Assembly (NCBI GenBank): GCA_963773065.1 | Contig: CAVYZN010000004.1 | Location: 1 to 64,000 of the forward strand | Direction: 5' to 3' | Source of the DNA: an uncultured Gammaproteobacteria bacterium | Lineage (GTDB): Bacteria > Pseudomonadota > Gammaproteobacteria > UBA9214 | Length of the DNA: 64,000 nt | Shown: positions 52,596 through 64,000 of the stretch, one piece after another | Layout: each line of letters opens with the position of its first letter | How positions within the stretch are numbered: the stretch's first letter is position 1 | Notes under the pieces: generated by a model | The model's input: the letters and a program-made list of their open reading frames with translations, nothing else | Database searches by the model: none | Told to the model about the DNA's origin: nothing | Program-made: the position numbers and the translations under genes

Positions 52596-55500
52596 TTGGC
52601 CACCCCGAGTTCGGGCGAGGAGAATGTCATAGTCATCAAAGCGTTCGTATTTTCGGCACGCACACGCAATGCGCTGCGTAACGACCGGGATACTGAGTTG
52701 CTGCGCTCGGAGCTGTTCAGCATCGAGCAACTGAAGCGTCACGCGGTAACGCTGGCTGGTCAGCATAGAATCGATCCGCGTCGCGGACCGGACAGGTTGC
52801 TGCCGCGGCTGGCGGACAATGCGCGCGTTCTGCTGGCGACGTACGACGTCGTGTCAGCCGCAGCCTCGCCGGGACAACGGATCGCGCCGGCAGAGGCCTG
52901 GTTGCTCGACAATTACTATCTAATCGAGCAGCAGATCAGTCTGGCGCGTCGGCATCTGCCGCGCGGGTACAGCCGGCAGTTGCCGCGACTGGCTGATGGT
53001 CCGCCTGCCGGTTTCCCCCGCATCTATGCCCTGGCGCTGGAGTTGATCTCACACATGGACGGTCGTATCGACAGCGACAATGCCACCCAGTTCGTCGCCG
53101 CCTACCAGACCGTTGAACCGTTAAAGTTGGGCGAATTGTGGGCATTCCCGATAATGCTGCAGTTGGCGCTGCTGGAAAACCTTCGCCGCGTCGGGGTGCG
53201 TATCGCCCGCAGGCGCGAGGAGCGCGACGCGGCCATCACCTGGGCGGACCGCATGCTCGCGACGGCCGAAAGGGAACCCAAACAGCTTATCCAGTTGCTG
53301 GCCGAGTTCGCCTATGCCGATGTGCCGCTGACCGCTCCGTTCGTGGAGGAATTTTACGCAAGACTGCAGGCTCAGGGGCCCGCTATGGCGTTCATTCAAA
53401 CCTGGGTCGAGCAAAAACTACTCGAACAAGGGGTGACCGCAACACAGTTGTCGGAGGCGGCCGGCCGAACGGCCGCGGCCAATCAGATCTCCATCGCAAA
53501 CAGTATCGGTAGTCTGCGTTTCATCGGCGCAATGGACTGGAGGAATTACGTCGAGTCGCTCAGTGTCGTCGAACAGACATTGCGTGAGGATCCGACGGGG
53601 ATGCACGCTAGCCAGGATTTCGCCACCCGCGACCGGTACCGACATGTCATCGAAGACGTGGCCCGAGGTTATATACACAGTTCGTGTAGTGAGTTGGCGG
53701 TAGCACGCGAAGCCATCGCTCTGGCGCAGACTGCGGCAGAGCGAATGAGTACCAAGGACCGCAGCGCGCATGTCGGATATTACCTGATCGATCACGGACG
53801 GCAGATACTGGAACGTGCGGTCGGCTGCCGTTTGTCGTGGAACAGACGGGTCATGCCGGGGGTGCCGGCAATACCGCCTGTTCCTATACCTCGGCCTCAT
53901 CCTGTTGCTCACCGCATTGGCGACATCGGTCGTGCTGTACTCTTTCGGCGGCTTCGTGCCGGGTAACTGGCGCTACTGGGTTTTTGCGATCACCGGCACA
54001 ATCGGCGCCTCGGCGTTGGCCGTCCCGCTGGTGAACCTGCTGGTCACGCTCGTCCTGCCGCCTCGCGCGTTACCACGCCTGGATTTTTCGAAGGGCATTC
54101 CACCGGTTCACCGCACCATGGTGGTTGTCCCCACCTTGCTGAGCACGGCGCAAGATATCGATGATCTTCTCGAAGCCCTGGAGATCCGCTATCTCGGTAA
54201 TCATGATCCCAATCTGTTCTTTGCCTTGCTGACGGATTTTCGTGACGCGCCCGAGCGCACGCTGCCGGAGGATGACGCAATACTTGCCTACGCGCGCGCG
54301 GCCGTTCAGGCGCTCAACGAGACCTACCGCGAGGACCGTCCGTGCATCTTCTATCTGTTTCACCGATCTCGGGTGTGGAATCCATACGAACGGGTGTGGA
54401 TGGGATATGAGCGCAAGCGCGGCAAACTGGAGCAGTTCAATGCCTTGCTGCGGGGAGGGGCGCAAACTGCCTTCTCGGATATTGTCGGTGATCCGTCCGT
54501 CCTCGGTTCGATAAAGTACGTCATCACCCTGGATACCGACACGCAACTGCCTCGCGACGCGGCACGCACACTGATAGGGAACATCGCTCATCCTCTCAAC
54601 CGGCCGGTGTACGATGCCGACAAGGGACGCATTGTCGAAGGCTACGCAATCCTGCAACCACGCGTTTCGATCAGCCTGACCAGTGCAGGTCAGTCATGGT
54701 TTACGAAACTGTTCGCGGGTGAGTCAGGCATCGATCCCTACACGCGCGAGGTATCGGATGTCTACCAGGATATTTTCGGGGAGGGGGCGTTCATCGGCAA
54801 GGGCATCTACGATGTGGACGCTTTTCGTCAGGCCGTCAATGGACGCTTTCCGGAGAATCTCATTCTCAGTCACGACCTGCTGGAAAGCGGGTATGCGCGT
54901 TCGGCACTGGTGACCGATGTGGACCTCATTGAAGAACATCCGGCCAGTTACACCATAGAGGCCAACCGGCGACACCGGTGGATACGCGGCGACTGGCAGC
55001 TTGCCGGCTGGCTGCTCCCGCGCGTACTCGGACCGCCCCGATCAAATGAGTCGAACGGAACAAATGGATCGAAGGCGAAGCGGCAACCGAACCCGCTCAC
55101 AGCCTTGTCGATGTGGAAAATTTTCGACAACCTTCGACGCAGCCTCGTGCCGCCGTCGCTGCTTGCCTTGCTGGCAGGTGGTTGGCTGTTTGGTCAGGGA
55201 TCGGCATGGTTCTGGACCCTGCTGGTCGCGGGTGTGGTGTTCTTACCTACCATGCTGGGAGCCGTGATCGAACTCATCCGCAAGCCCGAAGAACGTGATT
55301 GGCTGGTGCACTTGAGCCTGACAGGCAAATCCGCGGGCCGCCCAATAGTGCTCGCCTTGCTGGTGTTGGTCGTTTTGCCCTACGAAACGCTGATATGCCT
55401 GGATGCGATGCTGCGCTCGGGTGTGCGGATGTTGTTCACTCGACGCGGATTGTTGCTCTGGCAACTGCGATCCTATGCAAGCCGCAACGCGCGCCGTACG

Positions 55501-58500
55501 CTGGCCGATTATTTTAAGGAGATGTGGATCGCGCCTGTTCTGGCGGTGGTGCTGGCCTTCGCATTGGTGGTCAGCCGGTCGGCGGAGTGGCTCTTCTGTG
55601 CGCCCGTCTTGTTGCTCTGGCTGGTGTCGCCCGTCGTCGGCTGGTGGATTAGCAGGCCGCTCTTGTCCCCCGTACTGGACTTGACCGTTGATCAACGGGC
55701 GTTCCTGCGGGGGGCGGCCCGGCGAACATGGCGTTTCTTCGCGGAGTTTGTCGGTACACAGGACAACTGGCTCCCGCCCGATAACTTCCAGGAATATCCG
55801 GCTCCGGCCATCGCTTCGCGTACCTCGCCCACGAACATCGGGATGTCGCTGCTGGCGAACCTGGCGGCGTACGATTTCGGTTACATTTCCGCCGGAGAAT
55901 TCCTGCGTCGTACCGAGAAAACACTGTCTACGATGGAAAAGCTGGAACGCTACTGCGGCCATTTTTACAATTGGTACGACACGCGCACGCTGAAACCACT
56001 TCGCCCGCAATACGTCTCTTCGGTGGACAGCGGCAACCTGGCCGGCAGCCTGCTCACTTTGCAAGCGGGACTGGCCGAGTTGAAAGATCTGCCGGTGCTG
56101 TCCGCGTGCGTGTTTCAGGGGTTGCAGGATACCTTGCAGGTGCTTGCCGAACACCTGCCCTCGTTACCAGCCCCGGATCTTGCGAAGCAGATTAAGTTTC
56201 TGCAGAACACACTACACTCACTCACGCTGAACGGACAGCCACAGATACTGGCTGCCGCCGACAGCTTGCTGGATGAGATTCACCGTACTGGCGGGGGGCT
56301 GGTTGCATGGCTGCCAGAGGATATTGATATCGATGGCGAACTGCATTACTGGGCGCAGGCATTCGACCAGCAATCCCGCGCTCTTCGAGATGACCTTAGA
56401 TTCCTGGTGCCCGAGCCGCGGCGCTTCAGCAACATCCCGACACTGGCGGAATTGGCTAGAGAGGGAGCAGTTGGCACTGAAGCGCTGTCGTCAGCCGGGG
56501 CAGCCGCGGCGGCAGGATCACGTTACAAGGGCGCGGTGGAGCGACTCAGAATCATCGACGATTTAGTGGATCGTTGCCGCGAACTGGCGGTGATGGATTT
56601 TGAATTTCTCTACGATACGTCGCGCGGCTTGCTGACCATAGGTTACGACGTGGGCGAACGGCGCCGCGATCCGTCCTACTACGACCTGCTGGCATCCGAA
56701 GCGCGTCTGGCCAGTTTCCTGCTCATCGCGCAGGGACAGGTACCGCAGAAGCATTGGTTCGCACTCGGCCGCCTGCTGACAAGCCATGGCGGCGCCGTGA
56801 GCTTGATTTCGTGGAGCGGATCGATGTTCGAGTACCTCATGCCGCGGTTGATCATGCCGAGTTACGAGAACACCTTGTTGGGGCAGACCTGCAAGGCCGC
56901 GGTGTCGCGCCAGATCGAATACGGCCGACAACGCGCTGTGCCCTGGGGCATTTCCGAGTCCTGCTATAACGCCACCGATATCCACCAGGTCTATCAATAT
57001 CGGGCGTTTGGCGTGCCCGGGCTGGGCTTCAAGCGCGGGCTGGGAGACGACCTGGTCATCGCTCCTTACGCCAGCGCACTGGCGCTGACGGTGATGCCGC
57101 GGGAAGCGTGTCGCAACTTGCAGACGCTGGCTGACGATGGTTTCCTCGGCGTCTATGGGTTCTACGAGGCGGTCGATTACACGCCATCGCGTGTGCCGCG
57201 GGGTAAGAATCACGCCATCGTACGTACCTTCATGGCGCATCATCAAGGCATGAGCCTGTTGGCCTTTGATCATGTATTGCTCAACCGGCCGATGCAGCGC
57301 CGATTTTTGTCTTCACCCCTCGTACGGGCAACGGAATTGTTGCTGCAGGAGCGTGTGCCGAAGAAGGGAGCTACGTTGCATCCGCACGCGGCTGAAGTGA
57401 GCGCCGCCGCGCGACCTCCCGGCGCGGAAGTAGGCACGATCATGCGCGTGTTTACCGACCCGAACACGCGGATACCTGAAGTTCACCTGCTGTCCAACGG
57501 CAGGTACCACGTCATGGCGACCAATGCCGGCGGAGGGTACAGCCGCTGGGGCGACCTGGCCGTCACCCGTTGGCGCGAGGATGCCACTTGCGATTGCTGG
57601 GGCACATTCATTTACTTGCGCGATCGCGACACGGGGCGTTATTGGGCAACCGCGTATCAACCGACACTGCGCAAGCCCAATCACTACGAGGCGATTTTCT
57701 TGCAGGGGCGCGCCGAATACCGGCGGCGAGATCATGCGATCGAAGCGCACACCGAGATCAGCGTTTCACCTGAAGACGACGTCGAGATCCGCCGTGTCAC
57801 GCTCACCAATCTGTCGTCCCGTACCCGTCATATCGAGGTGACGAGTTACGCGGAGGTCGTGTTGGCGCCGTTGAATGCCGACTTGGCCCATCGCTCTTTC
57901 AGCAACCTGTTCGTGCAAACCGAAATCCTGCCAGACCGGCAGGCGATCCTCTGCACGCGGCGCCGCCGCACACCGGGGGAGCAGGTGCCGTGGATGTTTC
58001 ACCTGTTGGCGGCGCCTGGCGTGGTTGCCGACGAGCCGTCTTACGAGACTGACCGCGCCAAATTCATCGGGCGGGGTCGAACGGCGGCCAACCCGGTGGT
58101 ACTGGATAGCAGTGATAGCCCCCCACAGTTATTAAAGCGGTTGTCTAACACCGAGGGTTCGGTGCTCGATCCCATCGTGGCGATTCGCCGCACCATCAGC
58201 TTGTCACCCGACGAATCGGCGACCGTGCAGATCATCTCCGGTGTCGCGGACACGCGCGAGGCGGCATTGGCTTTGCTTGAGGAGTATTGCGACAGGCACT
58301 TCGTTGAGCGTGCCTTTGAAATGGCATGGTTCCATGGTCAGGAGGTGCTGCGCCACCTCAACGCAACCGAAGCCGATGCACAGGTCTATGGCCGCTTGGC
58401 CTCCTCCGTCATTTACGGCACTGCCTTGCGCCGCGCCGCGCCCAGCGTCATTGCCCGCAACCAGCTTGGTCAGTCCGGGCTTTGGCGCTTTGCCGTCTCG

Positions 58501-61354
58501 GGCGATCTGCCGATCGTCCTGATGCGCATCGGCGACCTGAATCGCATCGACCTGGTAAAACAGATGCTGCAAGCCCATGCCTATTGGCGGATGAAGGGCT
58601 TGACCGCGGACCTGGTGATCGTGAACGAGGATTTCTCAGGCTACCGGGCGGTTCTGCAAGACCAGATCATGGGGCTGATCAACGCGGGTCCCGAAGCACA
58701 TATTCTCGACAAACCGGGTGGGGTCTTCCTGCGGCGCGCCGAAGAACTTTCCGAGGATGAGCGGGTCTTGTTCCAGACGGTCGCCCGCGTCGTGCTGACC
58801 GATACCGCCGAGACATTGATCGAGCAGGTGGAACGCCGCGTGTCGGCCGAGCGTGTGTCGGACCGTCTGGAGCTATTGCCGCAACCGGAAGCTGAACCGG
58901 CCTATCCGCTGTCGGAGCGCGAACGTATTATCTGCAACGGCCTCGGCGGCTTCACGCCCGACGGGCGCGAATACGTCATCACCCTCGATCCCGGTCAGAG
59001 CACGCCGGCGCCGTGGGTCAATGTCATCGCCAGCCCGCACATTGGCACGGTCGTCAGCGAGAGCGGGAGCGCGTATACCTGGGTGGAAAACGCTCACGAG
59101 TTCCGGCTGACCACTTGGCACAATGACCCGCTTAGCGACAGCAGCGGCGAGGCGCTATACATCCGCGACGAGGATACGGGTGCGTTCTGGTCGCCGACGC
59201 CGTTGCCCGCCCGCGGTCGGTCCGGGTATGTGTGCCGGCACGGGTTTGGGTACAGCGTGTTCGAGCATTACGAAGCCGGCATCTCCTCGGAACTGTTCAC
59301 CTACGTCGCCATGGACGCACCGGTGAAGTTCACGGTGGTCAAGCTGCGCAACCATTCGAGGCGCCCGCGTCGATTGTCGCTGACTGGCTATTGGGAGCTG
59401 GTGCTCGGTGAGTGGCGACACGCCAATCTGATGCACATTGTTACCGAAACGGATCCGCACAGCGGGGCGCTGTTTGCCCGCAATGCTTACGGCCGCGAAT
59501 GCGGCAATCGGGTCGTCTTTGCGCGGGTCAGCGAGCCAGAGCGTACGGTCACCGGAAACCGTACAGAGTTCATTGGCCGCAACGGCTCGCTAACCAACCC
59601 GGCGGCTATGCGCCGCAAGCGTTTGTCGGGCAGGACAGGTGCGGGCCATGATCCGTGCGCCGCGATACAGACCCGGATCGAGCTGGCCGACGGTCAAGAG
59701 CGCGAGATCGTGTTCGTATTCGGCGCGGCCCGCAACACCGACGAAGCGCAGCATTTCATCCAGCGATTCGGCGGACCGGCGCGCGCACGGCAGGCATTGG
59801 AAGCGGTGTGGGAACACTGGAACCGCACCCTGGGCGCGGTGCACGTGGAGACGCCGGATCCCGCGTTGGACGTGTTGGCCAACGGCTGGCTGCTCTACCA
59901 GACACTGTCCTGCAGGCTCTGGGGCCGTAGCGGGTATTATCAGTCCGGCGGCGCCTACGGTTTCCGCGATCAATTGCAGGACACCATGGCGCTGATCCAT
60001 GCGACACCGTGGCTCGCCCGCGAGCAGTTGATCCGTTGCGCCGAGCGCCAGTTCCTCCAGGGTGACGTGCAACACTGGTGGCATCCGCCCAACGGACAAG
60101 GCGTGCGCACCCATTTCTCCGATGACTATCTGTGGCTGCCGTATGCAACCTGTCGTTATGTGCTGGCGACCGGCGATACGGGCGTACTCGACGAGTCAGT
60201 ACATTTCCTGGTGGGCCGCGAGTTGAATCCGGAAGAGGAGGCTTACTACGATCAGCCGCAACGTTCGGCGGAAGCGGCGAGCCTCTATGAACATTGCGTG
60301 CGTTCAATCAAACATGGTTTGCGCTTTGGCGAACGTCAATTACCGCTGATGGGCTGCGGCGACTGGAACGATGGCATGAATCTCGTCGGTCGTGACGGCA
60401 AGGGCGAGAGCGTTTGGCTGGCGTGGTTCCTGTACGAGAACCTTCAGTTGTTTGCCGGCCTGGCTCGCGGCCTGAACGACGAGGCCTTTGCCGAAGTTTG
60501 CGCCGGGCAGGCTACGCTGCTGCGCAACAACATCGAGGCCAATGCCTGGGACGGCGGTTGGTATCGGCGAGCCTGGTTCGATGATGGCACACCCTTGGGC
60601 TCGTCCGACAATGACGAATGCCAGATCGATTCGATCAGCCAGAGTTGGGCGGTCATTTCGGGCGGCGGCGATCTTAAGCGAGCCCGCCAGGCGATGGCGG
60701 CGGTGGACAAGCGCCTGGTGCGACGCGATGCGCGGTTAATCCAACTGCTCGCTCCGCCCTTCGATAAATCGGACCTTGAGCCCGGATATATCAAGGGCTA
60801 CGTGCCCGGCGTCCGCGAGAACGGTGGCCAATATACCCATGCCGCGATTTGGACCACGATGGCGTTTGCCATGCTGGGTGACAGGGAACGAGCGTGGGAA
60901 TTGTTCGCCATGCTCAATCCCGATCAATCACGCTAGTGGGCCTGCGGAGATCGAACGCTACAAGGTCGAGCCGTATGTCATGTGCGCGGATATTTACGGT
61001 GCGCCGCCACACACGGGCCGTGGCGGTTGGACCTGGTACACCGGGGCGGCGGGCTGGATGTACCGGCTGGCCGTGGAAACACTATTGGGCCTGCAACTGG
61101 AAGTGGACCATCTGCGCATTGCACCGTGTATCCCGGCCCATTGGGAGTCGTACAAAATCCACTACCGCTATCGCGAGACGGTCTACCACATCACCGTCAA
61201 GCGCGGCGGTGAGAAGTCGAATCAGGTGATCCGCGTGACGGTGGACGGTGCCGTGCTCAATGGAGCCGGTGTAGACGGGGCAGAACGACCGCAAGACAGG
61301 ATCCCCCTGGTGGACGACCGCCGGGAGCATTACGTCGAGGTGGATTTGAGCTGA
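52596..61354 (+). CDS. ndvB: Cyclic beta-1,2-glucan synthase Cgs/NdvB (GT84 + GH94), frameshifts near 53850 and 60920; start uncertain
   Basis: EWLLDNYY-like motif, ERKRGKL, ITLDTDT, LSHDLLE, RWIRGDWQ, LPPDNFQE, YDLLASEARL, WGISES, YQSGGAYGFRDQLQD, DWNDGMN, RENGGQYTH, GWTWYTG. Confidence 0.93.
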
Positions 61355-61366
61355 AGGCATTGGCCA

Positions 61367-61984
61367 TCAGACATAGACCAGAATCGCCACATAGTGGCTG
61401 ATGCTGCCCGCCAGCACGAACAAATGCCATACCCCGTGCATCCACGGGTAACGGTGATCGAGGGCAAAAAACACGATACCGGAGGAATAGAGTATGCCGC
61501 CGGTCAACAGCCAGATGAAGCCCGCGCGTGGCAGCGCCGCGAGCAGTGGATTGATTGCCAGCAATATCAACCAGCCCATCACGAAGTAAATGAAAAACGG
61601 CAGCACCCGCGCGCCGCGCCGAGGCAGTGCATCAAGCACCAGGCCCAGCACCGCCATGCCCCAGATCGCACCGAACATCCACCAACCCACAATACCGTCG
61701 AGCGCGACCAGCGTGAACGGCGTGTAGCTGCCGGCGATCAGCAGATAAATCGCCTGATGATCGAGAACGCGAAACACGTGTTTCGCGCGCCCCGTCGGCA
61801 GGCCGTGATAAAGGGTGGAAATCAGGTAAAGCAGAAACAGCGTGACGCCATAAATGCTGAACGACACGATGCGGCGTGTATCGCCACCCCGCGACGCCAC
61901 CACAACCAGCACCACGGCACCAGCCAGCGCCAGCACGGCGCCGACCAGATGTGAAATGCTGTTGAAGCGTTCACCCTTGATCAT
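61367..61984 (-). CDS. Hemolysin III / PAQR (TrhA-like) membrane protein
   Basis: ERFNSISH, STLYH, DHQAIYLLIAGSYTPF, HGVWHLFVLAGSISH. Confidence 0.93.
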   Translation of the reverse strand: MIKGERFNSISHLVGAVLALAGAVVLVVVASRGGDTRRIVSFSIYGVTLFLLYLISTLYHGLPTGRAKHVFRVLDHQAIYLLIAGSYTPFTLVALDGIVGWWMFGAIWGMAVLGLVLDALPRRGARVLPFFIYFVMGWLILLAINPLLAALPRAGFIWLLTGGILYSSGIVFFALDHRYPWMHGVWHLFVLAGSISHYVAILVYV

Positions 61985-62184
61985 GACGGGAATGTCCTGA
62001 TCAAACAGTAATATGAGATCCGGATTCGTTCACCGAATCGGGTTATTTCAGATTCGGGTATTGTCCTGGATGTTACGGGGACCGAAATTTGCTTCGCAAA
62101 TGCGAAGCATCAGACTCCACATTCAACACACTATCGATCCCCTTTTATGGGAGACTAAAGGCGTCTCATGGCCCTTTCAGGCCA

Positions 62185-62376
62185 TCATCGGCCGATACGT
62201 ATGCTGTCCATCGATCCCAATATTCCAAACACCTGAAGTAACCATATCACGACAACAATGACAACGACGATATTCAGGATGTTCTTGATCTTTCGGTCCA
62301 TGGGTATGTAGGTATTGACGAGCCAAAGCAGTATGCCAACCACGATCAAGACGATGACCAGATTAATCAGAGGCAT
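62185..62376 (-). CDS. Small two-TM membrane protein (Thivi_2564-like)
   Basis: MPLINLVIVLIVVGILLWLVNTYIPMD.KIK.ILN.VVVI.VV.WLL. Confidence 0.8.
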   Translation of the reverse strand: MPLINLVIVLIVVGILLWLVNTYIPMDRKIKNILNIVVVIVVVIWLLQVFGILGSMDSIRIGR

Positions 62377-62530
62377 GCGGATTCTCCTGTCAGATTATTG
62401 AATTTCCAAAGGCAGTCACTGAATGATTTCGGTGCGGCTTGATTCTTCATCATTGCTGCCGTTCGCCCACTGTGTTCGAGGGCGACGGACAAATCAGGAC
62501 GGACGCAAATCGCGTCCGCCCTTTGTTGGT

Positions 62531-63091
62531 TTACCGATTGATTCGGGAAATTTTTGTTCCCTCGATGCTGACGCCCGCCATCAATCCTTGCTGGCTGAAG
62601 ATAAACGCATAGGCATCATCCTTCAGCGAGGATGTCGAAAGATTCTTTGCGACTCCTTCGTCAACCACAACGACGGTTGGACCCACGCCAATTTCCCAAC
62701 CCTTCGTCTCTTTGATATAGCGAATGGCCTTATCGGTCATCAGAAACACCGCATATCCGTAGGACTGGGCGCCTGCCTGCAGGCCCCAGGATCCGGTTAC
62801 GGAGTTGTAATAATCGACGACTTTCGAGCCCTCGATCAATTCGCCTTCGCCATAGCTGCCGCCGAACACGAGGCCAGCCTTCACGATATTCGGGAATACG
62901 AGCACGGCCTTGGCCGTGCGCGAAAGGTTCTCGGCAAGAGGTTCGGTTTTATAAAGCGTCTGCAAGGCCTGCCGGGAATCCTTATCCAAATCCTCAGCGG
63001 TTGCCGCGCTTGCCAGATTCATCGCACTCATCGAGACGATTGCTGCCGTCGCGAACATGAGTGACAGGAGATTACTTCGTATGCTGTACAT
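62531..63091 (-). CDS. YSC84/SYLF lipid-binding domain secreted protein
   Basis: AVLVFPNIVKAG..FGGSYGEG, GLQAGAQ, GWEIGVGP, GLMAGVSIEG.KI. Confidence 0.88.
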   Translation of the reverse strand: MYSIRSNLLSLMFATAAIVSMSAMNLASAATAEDLDKDSRQALQTLYKTEPLAENLSRTAKAVLVFPNIVKAGLVFGGSYGEGELIEGSKVVDYYNSVTGSWGLQAGAQSYGYAVFLMTDKAIRYIKETKGWEIGVGPTVVVVDEGVAKNLSTSSLKDDAYAFIFSQQGLMAGVSIEGTKISRINR

Positions 63092-63313
63092 GTTAATGCT
63101 CCTTATTGGTTGGGGTTCAGAAATCTTGATAACGAAGACCGCACGCTTGTAGAACTCTTTAGGAACGAAATCGTACGTGCGCGGTAGTACGGTTCTCATT
63201 GAGAGACTACGCCACATATCCGGCCGGCTCTGTGCGCTAACAAACATAGCGCAGTTTTTCTGCGCGTTCAACGGATCTCGTGATCGAACGTGAACAGCAC
63301 GCAACCAACCCGA

Positions 63314-64000
63314 TTACGCAACGTCTACCTCCGGGAGCAGGCGATCGAACTCCGTCTTGACCACCTGGTAGCATTCGCAGACGCGCGCCTCCAATCCGGG
63401 CCGATCGACTACGGTGATCTTGCCGCGGCTGTAGTGTATCAACCCGTCGCGCTGCAATCCCCCGGCGGCCTCGGTGACGCCTTCGCGGCGCACCCCGAGC
63501 ATGTTGGCGATCAACTCCTGGGTCATGGTCAGCACGTTCGAGGGCAGGCGGTCGAGGCTCAGCAGCAGCCAGCGACACAGTTGCTGGTCCACCGAATGAT
63601 GCCGGTTGCACACCGCCGTCTGCGCCATCTGGGTCAGCAGCGCCTGGGTGTAGCGCAGCAACAGCCGCTGCATCGGGCCGGCGAGAAAGAACGCCTCCTT
63701 CAGCAACTGTCCCGTCAGCCGGTAGGCGTGGCCGGCGCTTTGCACCACGGCCCGGCTGGTCGTGGTTTCCCCGCCCATGAACAGGGAGACACCGACGATG
63801 CCCTCGTTGCCGACCACGGCGATTTCCGCCGATGCGCCATCCGCCATGACGTAGAGCAGGGATACGATCGAGGTGGTGGGGAAATAGACGTGGCGCATCT
63901 GAATACCGGACTCGCAAAGCGCGTCGCCGAGCGGCATCGGGACCAGTTCCAGATGGGGGAAGAAGCGCGCGCGCTCCTCCGCCGGCAGGGCGGCGAGCAG
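63314..64000 (-). CDS. Crp/Fnr-family regulator (5' end beyond the window)
   Basis: YFPTTSIVSL, VGNEG, AQTAVCNRHH, TQELIANMLGVRREGVT, CECY. Confidence 0.93.
   Translation of the reverse strand: MLAALPAEERARFFPHLELVPMPLGDALCESGIQMRHVYFPTTSIVSLLYVMADGASAEIAVVGNEGIVGVSLFMGGETTTSRAVVQSAGHAYRLTGQLLKEAFFLAGPMQRLLLRYTQALLTQMAQTAVCNRHHSVDQQLCRWLLLSLDRLPSNVLTMTQELIANMLGVRREGVTEAAGGLQRDGLIHYSRGKITVVDRPGLEARVCECYQVVKTEFDRLLPEVDVA

Overview
This 64 kb window is mostly Gammaproteobacteria-like. Many genes carry single-base frameshifts typical of long-read error, and several abrupt junctions suggest a mosaic or chimeric contig (about 3780, 10500/13050, 23165 and 26330). In order it holds: (1) a foreign-looking block with MmcQ-like, phospholipase C/phosphoesterase and M28 peptidase genes; (2) a lasso-peptide cluster with a nucleotidyltransferase 3' end, ABC exporter, B2 protease, cyclase, an unannotated YxxPxL precursor and a PRMT-fold methyltransferase; (3) ydcF, a DUF4838 protein and rfaH; (4) an integration and toxin-antitoxin hotspot with two tRNA-Arg 3'-half att sites, integrase relics, ccdAB x2, vapBC, higBA, an abiEi fragment, IS481-like and IS21 elements and a MITE; (5) a heme-peroxidase fragment and a repeat-bearing copper radical oxidase; (6) a ClpX-like ATPase and a desaturase flanked by GGA-hairpin repeat arrays; (7) IS3, IS4, a PhoX-like phosphatase and a two-component system; (8) molybdenum cofactor genes, two FKBPs, a multicopper oxidase, mlaA and an ABC binding protein; (9) cyclic beta-1,2-glucan synthase, hemolysin III, YSC84-like and Crp genes. 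The best leads are the lasso system with a PRMT-like tailoring enzyme, the CsrA-site-like repeat arrays, and three cases of 'intact gene - cargo - duplicated 3' end of the same gene'. Family calls come from motif recognition by eye; no searches were run.
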